A stretch of 64,000 bases of DNA from a virus: positions 32,001-96,000 of the IMG/VR virus record IMGVR_UViG_3300037851_000431, one strand, 5' to 3'. Shown in pieces: positions 8,392-18,979 of this stretch. The notes below the pieces were generated by a model. That model was given only the letters and a program-made list of their open reading frames with translations. It did no database searches and was not told the origin of the DNA. A program made the position numbers and the translations under genes. Each line of letters begins with the position of its first letter. The stretch's first letter is position 1.

Positions 8392-8653
8392 GATAGTAGG
8401 AGTATTATGGGAAGATCATATTCAAGTAACACGTTCGGAAATTCCTAAAAATATAGAAACCGTCTTAAATAAACCTACTTTATCTATAGGGATATTGGCA
8501 AAGGAAACGGATAAATGTATAATGTTAATATCAGATATTGAGCGGTATATCGAATACGACGAGGGTAATTATATAATAATTTATAAGTCTTCTATAATAA
8601 ATATGAAGGAGTTTGGAGATATACCGCTTAGGATACGATTTACATCATCCTAA
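8369..8653 (+). CDS. Small beta-rich hypothetical protein
   Basis: V-x-WED...SIG-x-L pattern seen in small phage proteins; fits operon. Confidence 0.6.
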   Translation: MAKEKQYKIVGVLWEDHIQVTRSEIPKNIETVLNKPTLSIGILAKETDKCIMLISDIERYIEYDEGNYIIIYKSSIINMKEFGDIPLRIRFTSS

Positions 8654-8669
8654 AGGGCGGTGACACTAT

Positions 8670-8975
8670 TTGGAAACATTATTAGCGGCATTAGTTGGGG
8701 CAGGAGCAACAGTAATAGTTGCTTTGATAGGTGTAATTGGGGCTTATAAATTAAAGATTGGTGTAAATCAAGACCGTTTAATCGAAACTTTAAATTTTTT
8801 AATTCATGCACAAGAGAATAAAATAAAATTATTAGAGGATCAAGCTAAGATTTATGAATCTAAGATAGAAGAGTTAGTTAAAAAAGTTGACGAGTTGGAA
8901 CGAGTTGTTGTTTTACAGGCAGAAACCATAGAAAAACTTTCAAGAGAGGCGGATAATAAAAATATTTCGCCCTAA
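8670..8975 (+). CDS. N-terminal transmembrane plus coiled-coil protein
   Basis: Hydrophobic residues 4-26 followed by heptad-rich segment. Confidence 0.65.
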   Translation: METLLAALVGAGATVIVALIGVIGAYKLKIGVNQDRLIETLNFLIHAQENKIKLLEDQAKIYESKIEELVKKVDELERVVVLQAETIEKLSREADNKNISP

Positions 8976-9018
8976 AATAATGATTTATGAACGATAAATT
9001 AAAGGGGGTGATCCCATA

Positions 9019-10107
9019 GTGAAGGAAGAAAAGACTCCAAAAATAGCGGTTTTTAATACAACAATCGCTGAAATATTCGAAGTCGAAAATGAGGGAGATT
9101 TTAAGCACCCTCTTTTAACAATTGCTAAATTTGTATTCGCTGATGATAAGGGTAACTCAAATAATCAGGGCATTAAGGCCGATGATTTTGATGAGGTTAT
9201 TAAAACGGCAATACACATGCCCGTCAAAATGCGCTATTTAGGCGCATCTGCTGGTGGCCACCAATCATCCGTACCCATTGGACATATTATAAAAATGGAT
9301 AAGGAAACACTTGCTGACTCTAGTAATAGGCTTGTGGCATCGGCTGTACTTTATTCCGAAGAATTTCATGATGAAGTAATGTTTCTAAAGGAAGCATTTA
9401 ATAAAGGTGAGGCACCCGGAATCTCTTATGAGATTATGTATGCTGATAGCGTGGAAGAGAATGGAATTCAATGGCTAAAGAAAATGATTACAAAGGCAGC
9501 AACTTTTGTTAGATCACCAGCATATGGAAATCGAACTGCTCTATTAGCCTTAGCTACTCGACAGGATATTGATAGCGAGGAATTTTTGACAGACTTTGTA
9601 ACAATGGCCCAAGATTGGGCGGGAGAAAGTCTATCGAAAAAGAGCAAGGAAGAAAATACCCAAGAAGAAGGAGGGAAACTAATGGAGGAAGAGCTAAAGC
9701 AGTTAAAGGCTGAAGCTGAAGGACTTAAAGAGCAAATTGAATCTTTGAAGAAAGAGAATGACGATCTTAAGGAAAAGCTTACAACCACAAACGCAGAACT
9801 AGCCAAATTAAATGAGGAAGCCTTGGCGGCAACAAGAGAAAAGAAGTATCTTGAAGCAGGATTTTCTCTAGAGTCAGATGCAGAGAAGGCAGCTAAAAAG
9901 CGGGCATTCTGGATTTCACTTTCAGAGGAAGCCTTTGAAGAATATATTGCTGATTTGAAAGCAGCAAAGGGCGCAACCAAAGCAGCGGAAGCCTCAACAA
10001 CTAAAAAGCCTGAATTACCAAAGTTAGCGGTTGCATCAGGAGATACACAGATAGAATATACAGTAGATAGCCTTAAGGCGGAATTACGGAACGCCGCTAG
10101 AGAATAA
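9019..10107 (+). CDS. Prohead protease / scaffold fusion
   Basis: H...PIG, ISYEI and VRSPAY protease-like motifs, then acidic coiled coil; internal SD+ATG (GAAGGAGG...MEEELK) may give a separate scaffold. Confidence 0.75.
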   Translation: MKEEKTPKIAVFNTTIAEIFEVENEGDFKHPLLTIAKFVFADDKGNSNNQGIKADDFDEVIKTAIHMPVKMRYLGASAGGHQSSVPIGHIIKMDKETLADSSNRLVASAVLYSEEFHDEVMFLKEAFNKGEAPGISYEIMYADSVEENGIQWLKKMITKAATFVRSPAYGNRTALLALATRQDIDSEEFLTDFVTMAQDWAGESLSKKSKEENTQEEGGKLMEEELKQLKAEAEGLKEQIESLKKENDDLKEKLTTTNAELAKLNEEALAATREKKYLEAGFSLESDAEKAAKKRAFWISLSEEAFEEYIADLKAAKGATKAAEASTTKKPELPKLAVASGDTQIEYTVDSLKAELRNAARE

Positions 10108-10133
10108 GGTAAATAAGGAGGTAAGAGGATAAC

Positions 10134-10787
10134 ATGGCGGATTTTTACACACAGAATCCCGTTAAGCCGTTGTTCATCGTCAATAAATATGACGATATTG
10201 ACGGTGGTAGGGTTGCGCAGGAAACTCCAAGAGGAAGATTTGCTTTCCGAGATGCGGCAACAAATAAGTTGACGCTTCCTAGAACATTAACAGAAGCAAA
10301 GTTAGCGGTCTATCCTGTTGATTGGGCAAAACCTCTCAATCCCGGCCCATATTTCTTGAATGGAAATGGACTTAACGGTACAACACTTTATCCATTTAAT
10401 GACGGAAGTTTGAACGAGCAGGAAAATGATTTCTCGCTTGATCCAGACCTACTTTTTTCAACACCCTGGCCAGCGGCAGTTGGACCAACATATGAAATTC
10501 CACCGGCTCTTTATAACCAGCCGATTCCTTCAGGAGCAATGTGCTTAGTTTATGATGGTGAAGCCACCTTCACATTCGGATCAGGTGCTTATGTAGGACA
10601 GAAGGAAGACTATTCTTACGGCAGTAAAGTATATGTTGACTATACCACAGGAAACGAAGGTAAGTTAACTGTATCTGGTGCAGTCGCAGGAAATACAGTT
10701 GTTGGAGTTGTTGTTAACAAGTTGCTATTTGGCGACCCCGGTAACGACACAATCACAGTCAAGATCAAGGGCACACCAGCTCTATAG
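10134..10787 (+). CDS. Capsid decoration / minor capsid protein
   Basis: Between scaffold and capsid genes, strong SD, C-terminal GKLT...VVGVV decoration-like fold. Confidence 0.6.
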   Translation: MADFYTQNPVKPLFIVNKYDDIDGGRVAQETPRGRFAFRDAATNKLTLPRTLTEAKLAVYPVDWAKPLNPGPYFLNGNGLNGTTLYPFNDGSLNEQENDFSLDPDLLFSTPWPAAVGPTYEIPPALYNQPIPSGAMCLVYDGEATFTFGSGAYVGQKEDYSYGSKVYVDYTTGNEGKLTVSGAVAGNTVVGVVVNKLLFGDPGNDTITVKIKGTPAL

Positions 10788-10805
10788 GAAGGAGGGAATT
10801 GACGA

Positions 10806-11810
10806 ATGAAGGAGCTTACTAAAGAGCAGAGATTAGCCCTTGCAGAATTGGCTAAAACAGATAGACGAGCATTTGCTGAAGTTATTACTGAGTATGTTGA
10901 TCCAGTGTTTCTAACACTAGATATCGCAGGAGCATTTATGGGTACTCGGGAAATGAAATTCGGTGATATACTTGTTAAAAGATTTAAGGGTAAGTACCAT
11001 GTCCAGCAGATCGTACCCGGTCAGATCACATTAGGTGAACAGATCGTTGTACGAGACAAGGCAATGAGTATTAACCTTGATATCCTTTCTGCAAAGGCAG
11101 CTTATAATACACTAGAATTAGAACATGGTGGACCAGCATTTAGACCAGAAGTAGTACGAAGTGATGTTCGAAAGGCATTAGAAGAAAGAATTCTTATGCG
11201 CACATGGAATGCACTAGGAAATATCTGGACAGCAGGAAATGCATCCGCATTGACTTTAACAGGTTCAGCATCTTCGAATTTCATTGATGCCTCAGGCGCA
11301 CTTACGGAATCAGTACTTGATACCGCAATTGACCATACAAATTTCTGGTCAGGAAGCGTAAAGGCAATCATTGGAACAGAACAGGCACTAGCGCCACTTT
11401 CTACATTTGGACAGTATAAGCTAGTACAGCAGACATTAACAGGCCCAGCATATACTGGACACCTTCTAAAGAAAGAGGGGCAGGAAGGTATGTGGGATAA
11501 CCGTTCTCCATATGGAGATGGCCCAAAGCCTGTTGAATCATATCGAGGCGTAAATAATATCATTAGAATCAAGCAGATTTTTGATGAGACAGAATATCCT
11601 CCAAAGCCACTTCTACCGACAGACTTTGTGCTGGTAGTGGGAGATAACATCGGAGAATTCATTACTTACGGTGGACCTCAGACCAAGGAATTTATTGATA
11701 ACGAGCCAACTCCTCCATACTGGAACTTCGAAGTTTGGGTACAGTTTGGTATGATGATCTGGAATGCCCGTGGGCTAACCAAGATCAAGGTTACATCAAC
11801 AACACCATAA
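10806..11810 (+). CDS. Major capsid protein
   Basis: 334 aa, position, strong AAGGAGG SD, followed by terminator; HK97-like C-terminal pattern. Confidence 0.8.
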   Translation: MKELTKEQRLALAELAKTDRRAFAEVITEYVDPVFLTLDIAGAFMGTREMKFGDILVKRFKGKYHVQQIVPGQITLGEQIVVRDKAMSINLDILSAKAAYNTLELEHGGPAFRPEVVRSDVRKALEERILMRTWNALGNIWTAGNASALTLTGSASSNFIDASGALTESVLDTAIDHTNFWSGSVKAIIGTEQALAPLSTFGQYKLVQQTLTGPAYTGHLLKKEGQEGMWDNRSPYGDGPKPVESYRGVNNIIRIKQIFDETEYPPKPLLPTDFVLVVGDNIGEFITYGGPQTKEFIDNEPTPPYWNFEVWVQFGMMIWNARGLTKIKVTSTTP

Positions 11811-11851
11811 TATTCGCCCATAGGTAACTATGGTTGAGTGTTAGTAATAAG

Positions 11852-11897
11852 GGGCCATCGGTCATATCACAATGGCCGGTGGCCCACTTATTTTATT
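11852..11897 (+). terminator. Intrinsic terminator after capsid gene
   Basis: GGGCCATCGGTCAT/ATGGCCGGTGGCCC stem then TTATTTTATT. Confidence 0.7.
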
Positions 11898-11924
11898 AGG
11901 AAAAGGAACAGGAGGATTATTACA

Positions 11925-12350
11925 ATGGAACAAGAGGAAATAGTATTTTATCAGAAAACAACAAAATATCCTATAGGTGTAAAAGAAAGTCTTAAGGATG
12001 TTCGGGGAACAGTACTTAATGAAGAACAACCCTATGTAGGAGTTAAAAAGTCTTTATTAAGAGATTTTGTTCTTGCAAATCGATATGCTATTAGTAACGG
12101 GTTACTTATGGAAATTCCTGAACCCCCCTTAGAGATTATAACTCCTAATGCATATACCGACGATGAGCTTAAGGTATTACTTAAAAATTATATACAGTTA
12201 AAGAAAAAATTACCGGAAATAACTTCTGATTCTTTGCTATATAGAATGCTAGGTATCGCAAAAGAAGAGAATCGTCCACCTAAAACAATTCAATTAATCC
12301 AAGATCGTTTGGAAGAAATATCGCCTGTTGTTATGAGGGGTGTGGAATAA
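11925..12350 (+). CDS. Hypothetical head-module protein (start moved from 11838)
   Basis: AGGAGG SD before ATG 11925; the upstream extension would run through the terminator. Confidence 0.7.
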   Translation: MEQEEIVFYQKTTKYPIGVKESLKDVRGTVLNEEQPYVGVKKSLLRDFVLANRYAISNGLLMEIPEPPLEIITPNAYTDDELKVLLKNYIQLKKKLPEITSDSLLYRMLGIAKEENRPPKTIQLIQDRLEEISPVVMRGVE

Positions 12351-12351
12351 A

Positions 12352-12810
12352 ATGAATTTACTCGATCTAGTCCCGACGTTTAAACGTCATATAGGAGTTT
12401 ACTTAGCTGAAGAGGACACTGATTCAAGGCTTACGGGTTATTTAGCGGACGGGATCGAGGCTTTATCCTTTCGATGGTCACGAACCTATGTAGTAACACA
12501 GGTCGGTCCAGAGTCTTTTTCAGTAACACCTGATATAGCATCTAAAGATAAAAGACCCATTATATTAATGTCGTCCATAATCTACAAATTAGCATCCTTG
12601 CAACTAGCAAGTTTTACAGATCAGGATTTCTCCTATGATCCACAGCAGGGTAGACAGAATCCAATTCAATTAGATATTGAAGAGTTGGCCAGATTTCTTC
12701 CTATCTATAGACTAGCGAAACCAGCTACCGCACCTATGCGTGGATTTAATAATGTATATAATCCTGAATCGTATCAGTATATGGATTGGTTAAATACAAT
12801 TTGGCCATAA
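12352..12810 (+). CDS. Putative head-tail adaptor
   Basis: Size, position and helical N-terminus (TFKRHIG...DSRLTGYL). Confidence 0.6.
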   Translation: MNLLDLVPTFKRHIGVYLAEEDTDSRLTGYLADGIEALSFRWSRTYVVTQVGPESFSVTPDIASKDKRPIILMSSIIYKLASLQLASFTDQDFSYDPQQGRQNPIQLDIEELARFLPIYRLAKPATAPMRGFNNVYNPESYQYMDWLNTIWP

Positions 12811-12824
12811 TAAAGAGGTAAGGA

Positions 12825-13493
12825 ATGGAAAGGAATGATACCGTAGTACTTGTAGCTACCTATTTTGGAAACAGTATGACTACTCAATGTATTGGTAGCA
12901 TACTTAATACTGTTACCCAGCCAAAAATTCTTACATATAAAAATGATGAGGGTTGGGTAAAAGCGTGCAATCGCATGATAGATTTAGTACCAAATGCAGA
13001 TGTTATTCTGTTAAATGATGACACATATCTTTTAACTGATATTGTAAAAGAAATGTCGGAAGTTGCTTACTCTGACTCTACAATAGGTATTGTGGGAGCA
13101 AAAGCACTATCAGCAGCAGATAAAGTGACCATTATTAATTATGGAATTTATGTAGCACCTGATGGTAATACAGCACACAGATATTACGGAAAAAGGGATG
13201 AGGAAGTAGATGAAGTTATAACCCAACAGGCTGTGGAAGGCAGTTGTATGTTTATCAAACGAAAGCTTATCGATAAGATGGGAGTTTTCGATGAGGGCTT
13301 TGGAATGGGTTATAGAGCCGAGGTAGACTACTGTTTTAATGCTAGACTATCAGGCTATAAAGTAGTATCAGCACCCAATGCAAAATACCTACACTTTACT
13401 TCTCAAACTGCGGGAAGATTAGGCATTCAAAACGATACTCACGAATATTTCATGAAGCGATGGGCTACACCGTTAGCTCTAGGGAAAGTATAA
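12825..13493 (+). CDS. Glycosyltransferase family 2
   Basis: GWVKACN, ILLNDD, VEGSCMFI, GVFDEGF...EVDYC GT2 motifs. Confidence 0.9.
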   Translation: MERNDTVVLVATYFGNSMTTQCIGSILNTVTQPKILTYKNDEGWVKACNRMIDLVPNADVILLNDDTYLLTDIVKEMSEVAYSDSTIGIVGAKALSAADKVTIINYGIYVAPDGNTAHRYYGKRDEEVDEVITQQAVEGSCMFIKRKLIDKMGVFDEGFGMGYRAEVDYCFNARLSGYKVVSAPNAKYLHFTSQTAGRLGIQNDTHEYFMKRWATPLALGKV

Positions 13494-13505
13494 GGAGAAG
13501 GAAAA

Positions 13506-14486
13506 ATGGCACAAAGAGCAGTAGGCGAAATGGCCATATTTTATGGAGATAAACCAAATAATGGGATGTACGATAATGGTGTTTGGATGCACCTACTTGA
13601 CATTCCTTATTTACAGAAAATAGAGGAAGCTTCGCTATATAAAGTTATTATCAGAACTTTATGGTTAGAGGCTATTGGATGGTCGAGAGAAATACGAAAC
13701 AGGTATCCCGATGTTATTCAAATCGGGTTATCCGATCATCCTCTTTCTACACATATAAGCAAATTACCCGCTAATAAACAGCATGATTACATCTCTGATT
13801 TACAATATTTAGATGGAATAATGGCTCTCACTGAAGAGGAACGCCAATGGTATCAAATTGCTGCACCATCAAAACCTGTAATACATGCTGGCCTTCCGTT
13901 TCCTTTCGAATCATATGAGGAGAAATATGGAAAGTTTAGATCAAATGAAAAACAATGGATAGGTCTAGGTGTCGGGGCATCTGATAATGACCGAAATTTT
14001 GTGAGTAATGTTTTAGCATTTCGTTACTTAAAATTGAATAATCCAGATTTAAAAGGTGTATTTCTATCGATTCCTCACCAGCTTATTATGCAAACATCAT
14101 ATTGGGCTGACCAGATTGAGGGCATTTATATCCATGAAAGGACAAAAATGGATGAATACTTGGAGATTCTTTCTAATTGCAAGTTTGTTCTCAATCTTGC
14201 TGACAGAAATACACCGGGTCGAATTCAGGGGGAAGCCGCGTTTTTAAATGTGCCCGTCATAGGCTCAAACCGACTGGAATTACAGCGGGAGTTGTTTCCC
14301 GATTTGGCTGTTATGCCATATGAATTAGAAAAGGTAGTAGAGTTAGGTCAATACCTACTTGATAAGCCTGACGAGGCCACGCGGCTAGGAAAGCAAGCGC
14401 ACGAATCCCTAAAGAATTACGATTATGAACATAGTAAGATGCGGTTTAATCAACTACTAGAGGAAATTAAAAAGAGGCGATCTTAA
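13506..14486 (+). CDS. Glycosyltransferase, GT-B/GT4-like
   Basis: C-terminal TPGRIQGEAAFLNVPVIGS resembles the GT4 EA-x3-G-x-PVI signature. Confidence 0.7.
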   Translation: MAQRAVGEMAIFYGDKPNNGMYDNGVWMHLLDIPYLQKIEEASLYKVIIRTLWLEAIGWSREIRNRYPDVIQIGLSDHPLSTHISKLPANKQHDYISDLQYLDGIMALTEEERQWYQIAAPSKPVIHAGLPFPFESYEEKYGKFRSNEKQWIGLGVGASDNDRNFVSNVLAFRYLKLNNPDLKGVFLSIPHQLIMQTSYWADQIEGIYIHERTKMDEYLEILSNCKFVLNLADRNTPGRIQGEAAFLNVPVIGSNRLELQRELFPDLAVMPYELEKVVELGQYLLDKPDEATRLGKQAHESLKNYDYEHSKMRFNQLLEEIKKRRS

Positions 14487-14962
14487 TGCCGGAAATTATC
14501 CAAGTAAATAGAGCATGGATTAAACGCCAGATTGATTCTGCGCGACAAAGTATTGGAAGGTACGTAACATTTTATGTTCCTACTAGAACAGCTTGTTCTC
14601 TTTGTCTTGCTAGTGGTTGGTATGACACACAAAATGATACAACCTATTATACAACATGCCCTATATGCCAAGGTGGTTATTGGATAACGGGTTATGATGA
14701 GCATGAGATTTTAGGAAGAATACATTGGGTATCTGATGAAGCTATAACAGCAACTCCGGGGGGAAAATACTACATCGGAGAAGCAACTGTTACCATAGAG
14801 AATAAGTATCTTTCTATAGCACAGGCAGCACAAACCGACAAGGGTAAAGTTATAGTAGATAATCATGAGATGACTATAACGAAAATAATCCCTTATGGTG
14901 CGCCAGAAATAACAAGGTATAGGGTTATATTAAGAAACGCAGGAGAAAAACCTAGCACATAA
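14486..14962 (+). CDS. Putative head-closure protein with CxxC pairs
   Basis: Neck-module position; CSLC and CPIC; beta-rich C-half. Confidence 0.55.
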   Translation: MPEIIQVNRAWIKRQIDSARQSIGRYVTFYVPTRTACSLCLASGWYDTQNDTTYYTTCPICQGGYWITGYDEHEILGRIHWVSDEAITATPGGKYYIGEATVTIENKYLSIAQAAQTDKGKVIVDNHEMTITKIIPYGAPEITRYRVILRNAGEKPST

Positions 14963-14976
14963 AGGAGTGGAAAGGA

Positions 14977-15255
14977 ATGGATAAAATTTTATTTAGTCCT
15001 AATGTGGTTGTATGCCCTCATTGTGAGAAAGAATTTACGTATAATAAAGTCAATGGGATTGCGCTAATAGAAGCTGCACAAAATATTGAATCTAGAAAAC
15101 GTATGTATCTTAGATTAACTTTAGACAATCTTGAAAGACTATCGCGTGAGAATAAGATGGAATTTGCGGCAGTTAAAAAGACTGTCTTGGATAATATAAA
15201 TGATTTAGTTAGAGATATACACACGATATTGGGGTTTGGTAGCGAGGCTGAGTAA
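14977..15255 (+). CDS. Hypothetical protein
   Basis: ORF with SD; single CPHC motif. Confidence 0.6.
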   Translation: MDKILFSPNVVVCPHCEKEFTYNKVNGIALIEAAQNIESRKRMYLRLTLDNLERLSRENKMEFAAVKKTVLDNINDLVRDIHTILGFGSEAE

Positions 15256-15256
15256 T

Positions 15257-16090
15257 ATGCCGTTTAGATTACAGGTAGATACTAGTGAAGTAGATCGAAT
15301 GACGGGGAGTTTTCCCCAATATTTAAATGCTGAAATGACTCGACTCCGAGGAGCAGCGAGTGTCATTGCTAAAGAAGCTTTGATGGATTCTTTTATGGAA
15401 GCTGCTACAGGTCAAGAAGGGTTTTACCCGCAATATATTGAGCATGTATTAACAGTTTTAAGTATGACACCTATTAGAATTGGGATTTCGCCATCAGGCT
15501 TTATTCTAGAATTTACTTGGAATTTACTTGGTAATAGGGAGGAGTTACAAAGAGGATTCCACCAAGGAGCTAAACTTAGAAGTGGTGGGCATCATCCTGT
15601 AGGAGTACCGTGGATGGGATCAGAAAATAATCTTAAAAATCCTCAATATACTAGGTATAAAGCATGGTTAGCTATTGCTACAGGAGAACCGTGGGAGACT
15701 CAGAAAACAAATAAGAAGGGTGTAACTAAATCATACACATGGCCGGGTGAGGATGTAAATCTAGATGAAGCATTAGAAGAAACTATTAATGCAAGAGTTT
15801 CTATATGGGGCAATCGTGCGCCGGAATGGCATTTACTAGATGAGGGTACCACATGGTATCCTCCTGTTACACCTACAGCCTTTACTGAAGATTCATATCT
15901 TGAAGTTGCTAAAAGACTAACACCCTTATTTCATGATGCTGTTAATTATGCTCAATACCGAGCAGCAGAAGTAGCTACTTATGGAAAAGCCCGCAAAACA
16001 GAAGGACAGTCCCTACATGATTTTCAAGTTGAAATATCTTATCTACGCAATAGAAATAGGGGGCAATTTGCTCCCGGTTATATAGGATAG
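15257..16090 (+). CDS. Putative neck / tail-completion protein
   Basis: Position before tail terminator; APEWHLLDEGT resembles HK97-gp10-like motif. Confidence 0.55.
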   Translation: MPFRLQVDTSEVDRMTGSFPQYLNAEMTRLRGAASVIAKEALMDSFMEAATGQEGFYPQYIEHVLTVLSMTPIRIGISPSGFILEFTWNLLGNREELQRGFHQGAKLRSGGHHPVGVPWMGSENNLKNPQYTRYKAWLAIATGEPWETQKTNKKGVTKSYTWPGEDVNLDEALEETINARVSIWGNRAPEWHLLDEGTTWYPPVTPTAFTEDSYLEVAKRLTPLFHDAVNYAQYRAAEVATYGKARKTEGQSLHDFQVEISYLRNRNRGQFAPGYIG

Positions 16091-16100
16091 GGAGTAAATT

Positions 16101-16556
16101 ATGGCAAGAAAAACGTATGAAATAACAGCCTTTCGTGCAGCATTAAACACTTATTTATCTGCGCGCGGTTGGACAGGGATAAACTATAAAGAAAGATTTC
16201 CTACTGAATCTCAGATAGTTGTTCCTACTGTAGCCATAACATTTACCCAACCTTCAAGAGCTTCGGCGTTACAGTTAGGATCAACGGGGGAAAAAACCTT
16301 TCGTAGAATAATACAAGTAGATTGTTTCATGGAAAATAATGAACGAGCAGAGGGCATATCTGATGACATTATGGATTTTATGGATTTAGAAGCCGTATTA
16401 ATTGTTGATAAAATGTCAGATGCTACTATAGGTACATTAATTTGTTTTGATACAGATTCAATATATGCAGATGTTGTGCCCCCGGATTTAGAGATTGAGA
16501 AGGTTAATAGATGGCGGGCAATAGTTAGAGGTAACTATGAAGCCCATTATTTCTAG
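16101..16556 (+). CDS. Putative tail terminator protein
   Basis: 151 aa just before major tail gene; IQVDCF motif. Confidence 0.65.
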   Translation: MARKTYEITAFRAALNTYLSARGWTGINYKERFPTESQIVVPTVAITFTQPSRASALQLGSTGEKTFRRIIQVDCFMENNERAEGISDDIMDFMDLEAVLIVDKMSDATIGTLICFDTDSIYADVVPPDLEIEKVNRWRAIVRGNYEAHYF

Positions 16557-16642
16557 ATTATCGACACACAGCAGGGCGATAATTATAGATCAAGGTAAGG
16601 TGAAATCGAGCGAATCTATTATTTAAGGAGGATTTGATTTAA

Positions 16643-17830
16643 ATGGCAAAGAGAGTTAGGGTTCACTCAAGAGATTTGCAGCCGCAAATCGTAGCACCCC
16701 GAGGAATGTTCGCTGCTGCTAGAGTTCAGAGATTTGATTGGCCTACGTCATTACCAACAACAGCAATTGATGAAATTGGACGAAAGCTACATGTGGGAAC
16801 AACGACAGAAATTCCCGAAGTTACTGTTACAATAGAAGCATTTAATGTTAATCATAACATTGATGCCTATATGACAGGATATACACCGGGAACATTTCCA
16901 ACCGTTTCGGGTGTTTCCATTACAGACCTTAAGGGAATTGATGTTGTAGGTCAAATTAGAGATGCTACAACAGCAGCTATAGTAAATGCACTTTATGTTA
17001 AGAGAGGTATCGTTTCAGGAATGGACGCCACGTTTGGTGTGCGAGATAACTCTTCAGTAACATATACAATTACAGCCTCATCTAAAAAGGAATTTAAAAA
17101 TCCTGTATTTAGTGACGGTTTCACTGTCTCAGGCGCACAGACAAATCTTTATTTAACATACACACCAACATATCTACCACTTACTTCAGGTTATATAATT
17201 AATGCTGGTAGAGTTACGGCAGCAGGAGCGCAAACATACCTCGATGAAGGAACAGACTATACTGTAACAGGTACGAATGTTCAACTATTAGCTGATGGTA
17301 CTACAGGAGATTATGTTTGGTTTACGTATTGTTCCGCACAATCTGCTACATTCCAGCCATTGGATGATGTATCAGCAGCAGCAATTCAGGGTAAATATGT
17401 TCCAGTGGCTATTTCAGTTAACAATATCCCAAGAGCGCAGAGTGCTTCAATTCGGGCTTCAATGGAAGTTGAAAGAATCTTCGAATTGGGTGGATTAGGA
17501 AAGCCCGTAGGAACAGAAATTGGTATTCCAAGTGTTACAGGTGATCTTAGTGTACTAAAGACTGATAACGAGTTACTTAATATTCTAACAGGACAGTCCT
17601 CAACAGCAGATGAAGCTGACTTGGAGTATCAGGCTAACAATCTATCGTTAAAGATTCAGTTGAAAGACCCGGCGAATCCAACAAAAGTTGTTAAAACATA
17701 TTATGTACCATCAATTACGATCACACAAGAAAATGATGAATCAACTGTTAACCAGTCAATGAATGAGACATTCTCATGGGAATCAAAGACCGGAGAATTG
17801 TTCATTGCGTCTGGTGCTGGTCCTTGGTAA
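16643..17830 (+). CDS. Major tail (tube) protein
   Basis: Thr/Val/Ser-rich, strong TAAGGAGG SD, followed by terminator, chaperones and tape measure. Confidence 0.8.
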   Translation: MAKRVRVHSRDLQPQIVAPRGMFAAARVQRFDWPTSLPTTAIDEIGRKLHVGTTTEIPEVTVTIEAFNVNHNIDAYMTGYTPGTFPTVSGVSITDLKGIDVVGQIRDATTAAIVNALYVKRGIVSGMDATFGVRDNSSVTYTITASSKKEFKNPVFSDGFTVSGAQTNLYLTYTPTYLPLTSGYIINAGRVTAAGAQTYLDEGTDYTVTGTNVQLLADGTTGDYVWFTYCSAQSATFQPLDDVSAAAIQGKYVPVAISVNNIPRAQSASIRASMEVERIFELGGLGKPVGTEIGIPSVTGDLSVLKTDNELLNILTGQSSTADEADLEYQANNLSLKIQLKDPANPTKVVKTYYVPSITITQENDESTVNQSMNETFSWESKTGELFIASGAGPW

Positions 17831-17887
17831 ATCATTTAACTGATAATACAATATCGGGTATTTATAAGAATTAACTTATAAAACACA

Positions 17888-17932
17888 GGGATTAAGCTCG
17901 TCAAATCGGCGGGCTTAATCCCTTTTATTTTT
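17888..17932 (+). terminator. Intrinsic terminator after major tail gene
   Basis: GGGATTAAGCTCGTC/GGCGGGCTTAATCCC stem then TTTTATTTTT. Confidence 0.9.
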
Positions 17933-17948
17933 ATTAGGAGGAAAGGTA

Positions 17949-18686
17949 ATGGGCAAGTTAGCAAGTCTTCTTCGATGGAAGAGGAAGGTAGAGTTAAAGG
18001 ACGAACACAATAATCCTATATTAGATGAAAATGGTAGTCCTGTTATAGTATGGGTAAGGCTTCTTGGTGATTTTGATCTACAGGAAGCTTATAAAAGATC
18101 AAGAGTAGAGTCCAGTAAAATGCGAGAGTTACTTAGAACGCCTGAATCACCTGAATATAAGGATCAGGTTGAACCTCTTTTTGAAGCAGATGAGGAACAA
18201 TGCAAGGAAATTATACGTGCAGCCAAGGGTGCTAACTGGACAGCAGATGCGTACTCCGTGGTTGAAAGACCCAATCTAATTGAAATGAGTGAGATAGCAA
18301 TTGATCCTGATGCTCCAACACTTGAAGAACAAGAAAAATTAGATAAACAAAATGAAGAGTTAGATGTTAAATATAAAAAAGATGTTGAAGATTATATAGA
18401 TACAAAATCGAAAGAGTTGGAAGCAGAATTAAGTGTATTAAACTTGGAAGAATTAAGAGAAAAAGCTAAATTTGAAGTTTCAAATGTTATGCCGCTCTCA
18501 ACTTTTGTAGTATCTTTAAATGATGAAAAAGTTTGGCGTTCAGTATATGTAGATGAGGGTTGTAAAGAAAGGGGTTTTTCAAATATTGGGGAATTTAGAG
18601 AAGCCTCTCCCATTATTAGAGAGCAACTTATTAAAGCATATATAAATTTGGAAAGCGGTGTTAGTGTAGAAGAATTAAAAAACTAG
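17949..18686 (+). CDS. Tail assembly chaperone (gpG-like)
   Basis: Acidic protein between tail tube and tape measure ending in slippery A AAA AAC TAG. Confidence 0.8.
   Translation: MGKLASLLRWKRKVELKDEHNNPILDENGSPVIVWVRLLGDFDLQEAYKRSRVESSKMRELLRTPESPEYKDQVEPLFEADEEQCKEIIRAAKGANWTADAYSVVERPNLIEMSEIAIDPDAPTLEEQEKLDKQNEELDVKYKKDVEDYIDTKSKELEAELSVLNLEELREKAKFEVSNVMPLSTFVVSLNDEKVWRSVYVDEGCKERGFSNIGEFREASPIIREQLIKAYINLESGVSVEELKN
18677..18683 (+). promoter_or_regulatory. -1 programmed ribosomal frameshift site
   Basis: X XXY YYZ heptamer AAAAAAC; -1 frame is open and continuous with 18707..18976. Confidence 0.85.
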
Positions 18687-18706
18687 CAGAGGGTAACGCT
18701 TTCGGT

Positions 18707-18976
18707 ATGGCTGTAGCTATTTCCAAGCAATTAGGTATTCCTATTATGGAAGGATTACCTAATTCAACAGAAGAGTTACCCAATATCATTACATATATGA
18801 TTTTACATAGGGCAAAAATTGATTCATTTAATGAGTTACCAAAAGAAAAGCGCCCACCCCGCGATCTTTGGGATAAACCCTATAAACTAGAAGAATTTTT
18901 TGAGGAAATATTTAAAGTTGATGACAAACCAAAGGGAAAATCCTACATAGAATATAATTATAAGGAAGTGGAATAA
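18707..18976 (+). CDS. Tail assembly chaperone frameshift extension (gpT-like)
   Basis: In -1 frame of upstream gene, no clear SD of its own. Confidence 0.78.
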   Translation: MAVAISKQLGIPIMEGLPNSTEELPNIITYMILHRAKIDSFNELPKEKRPPRDLWDKPYKLEEFFEEIFKVDDKPKGKSYIEYNYKEVE

Positions 18977-18979
18977 ACC

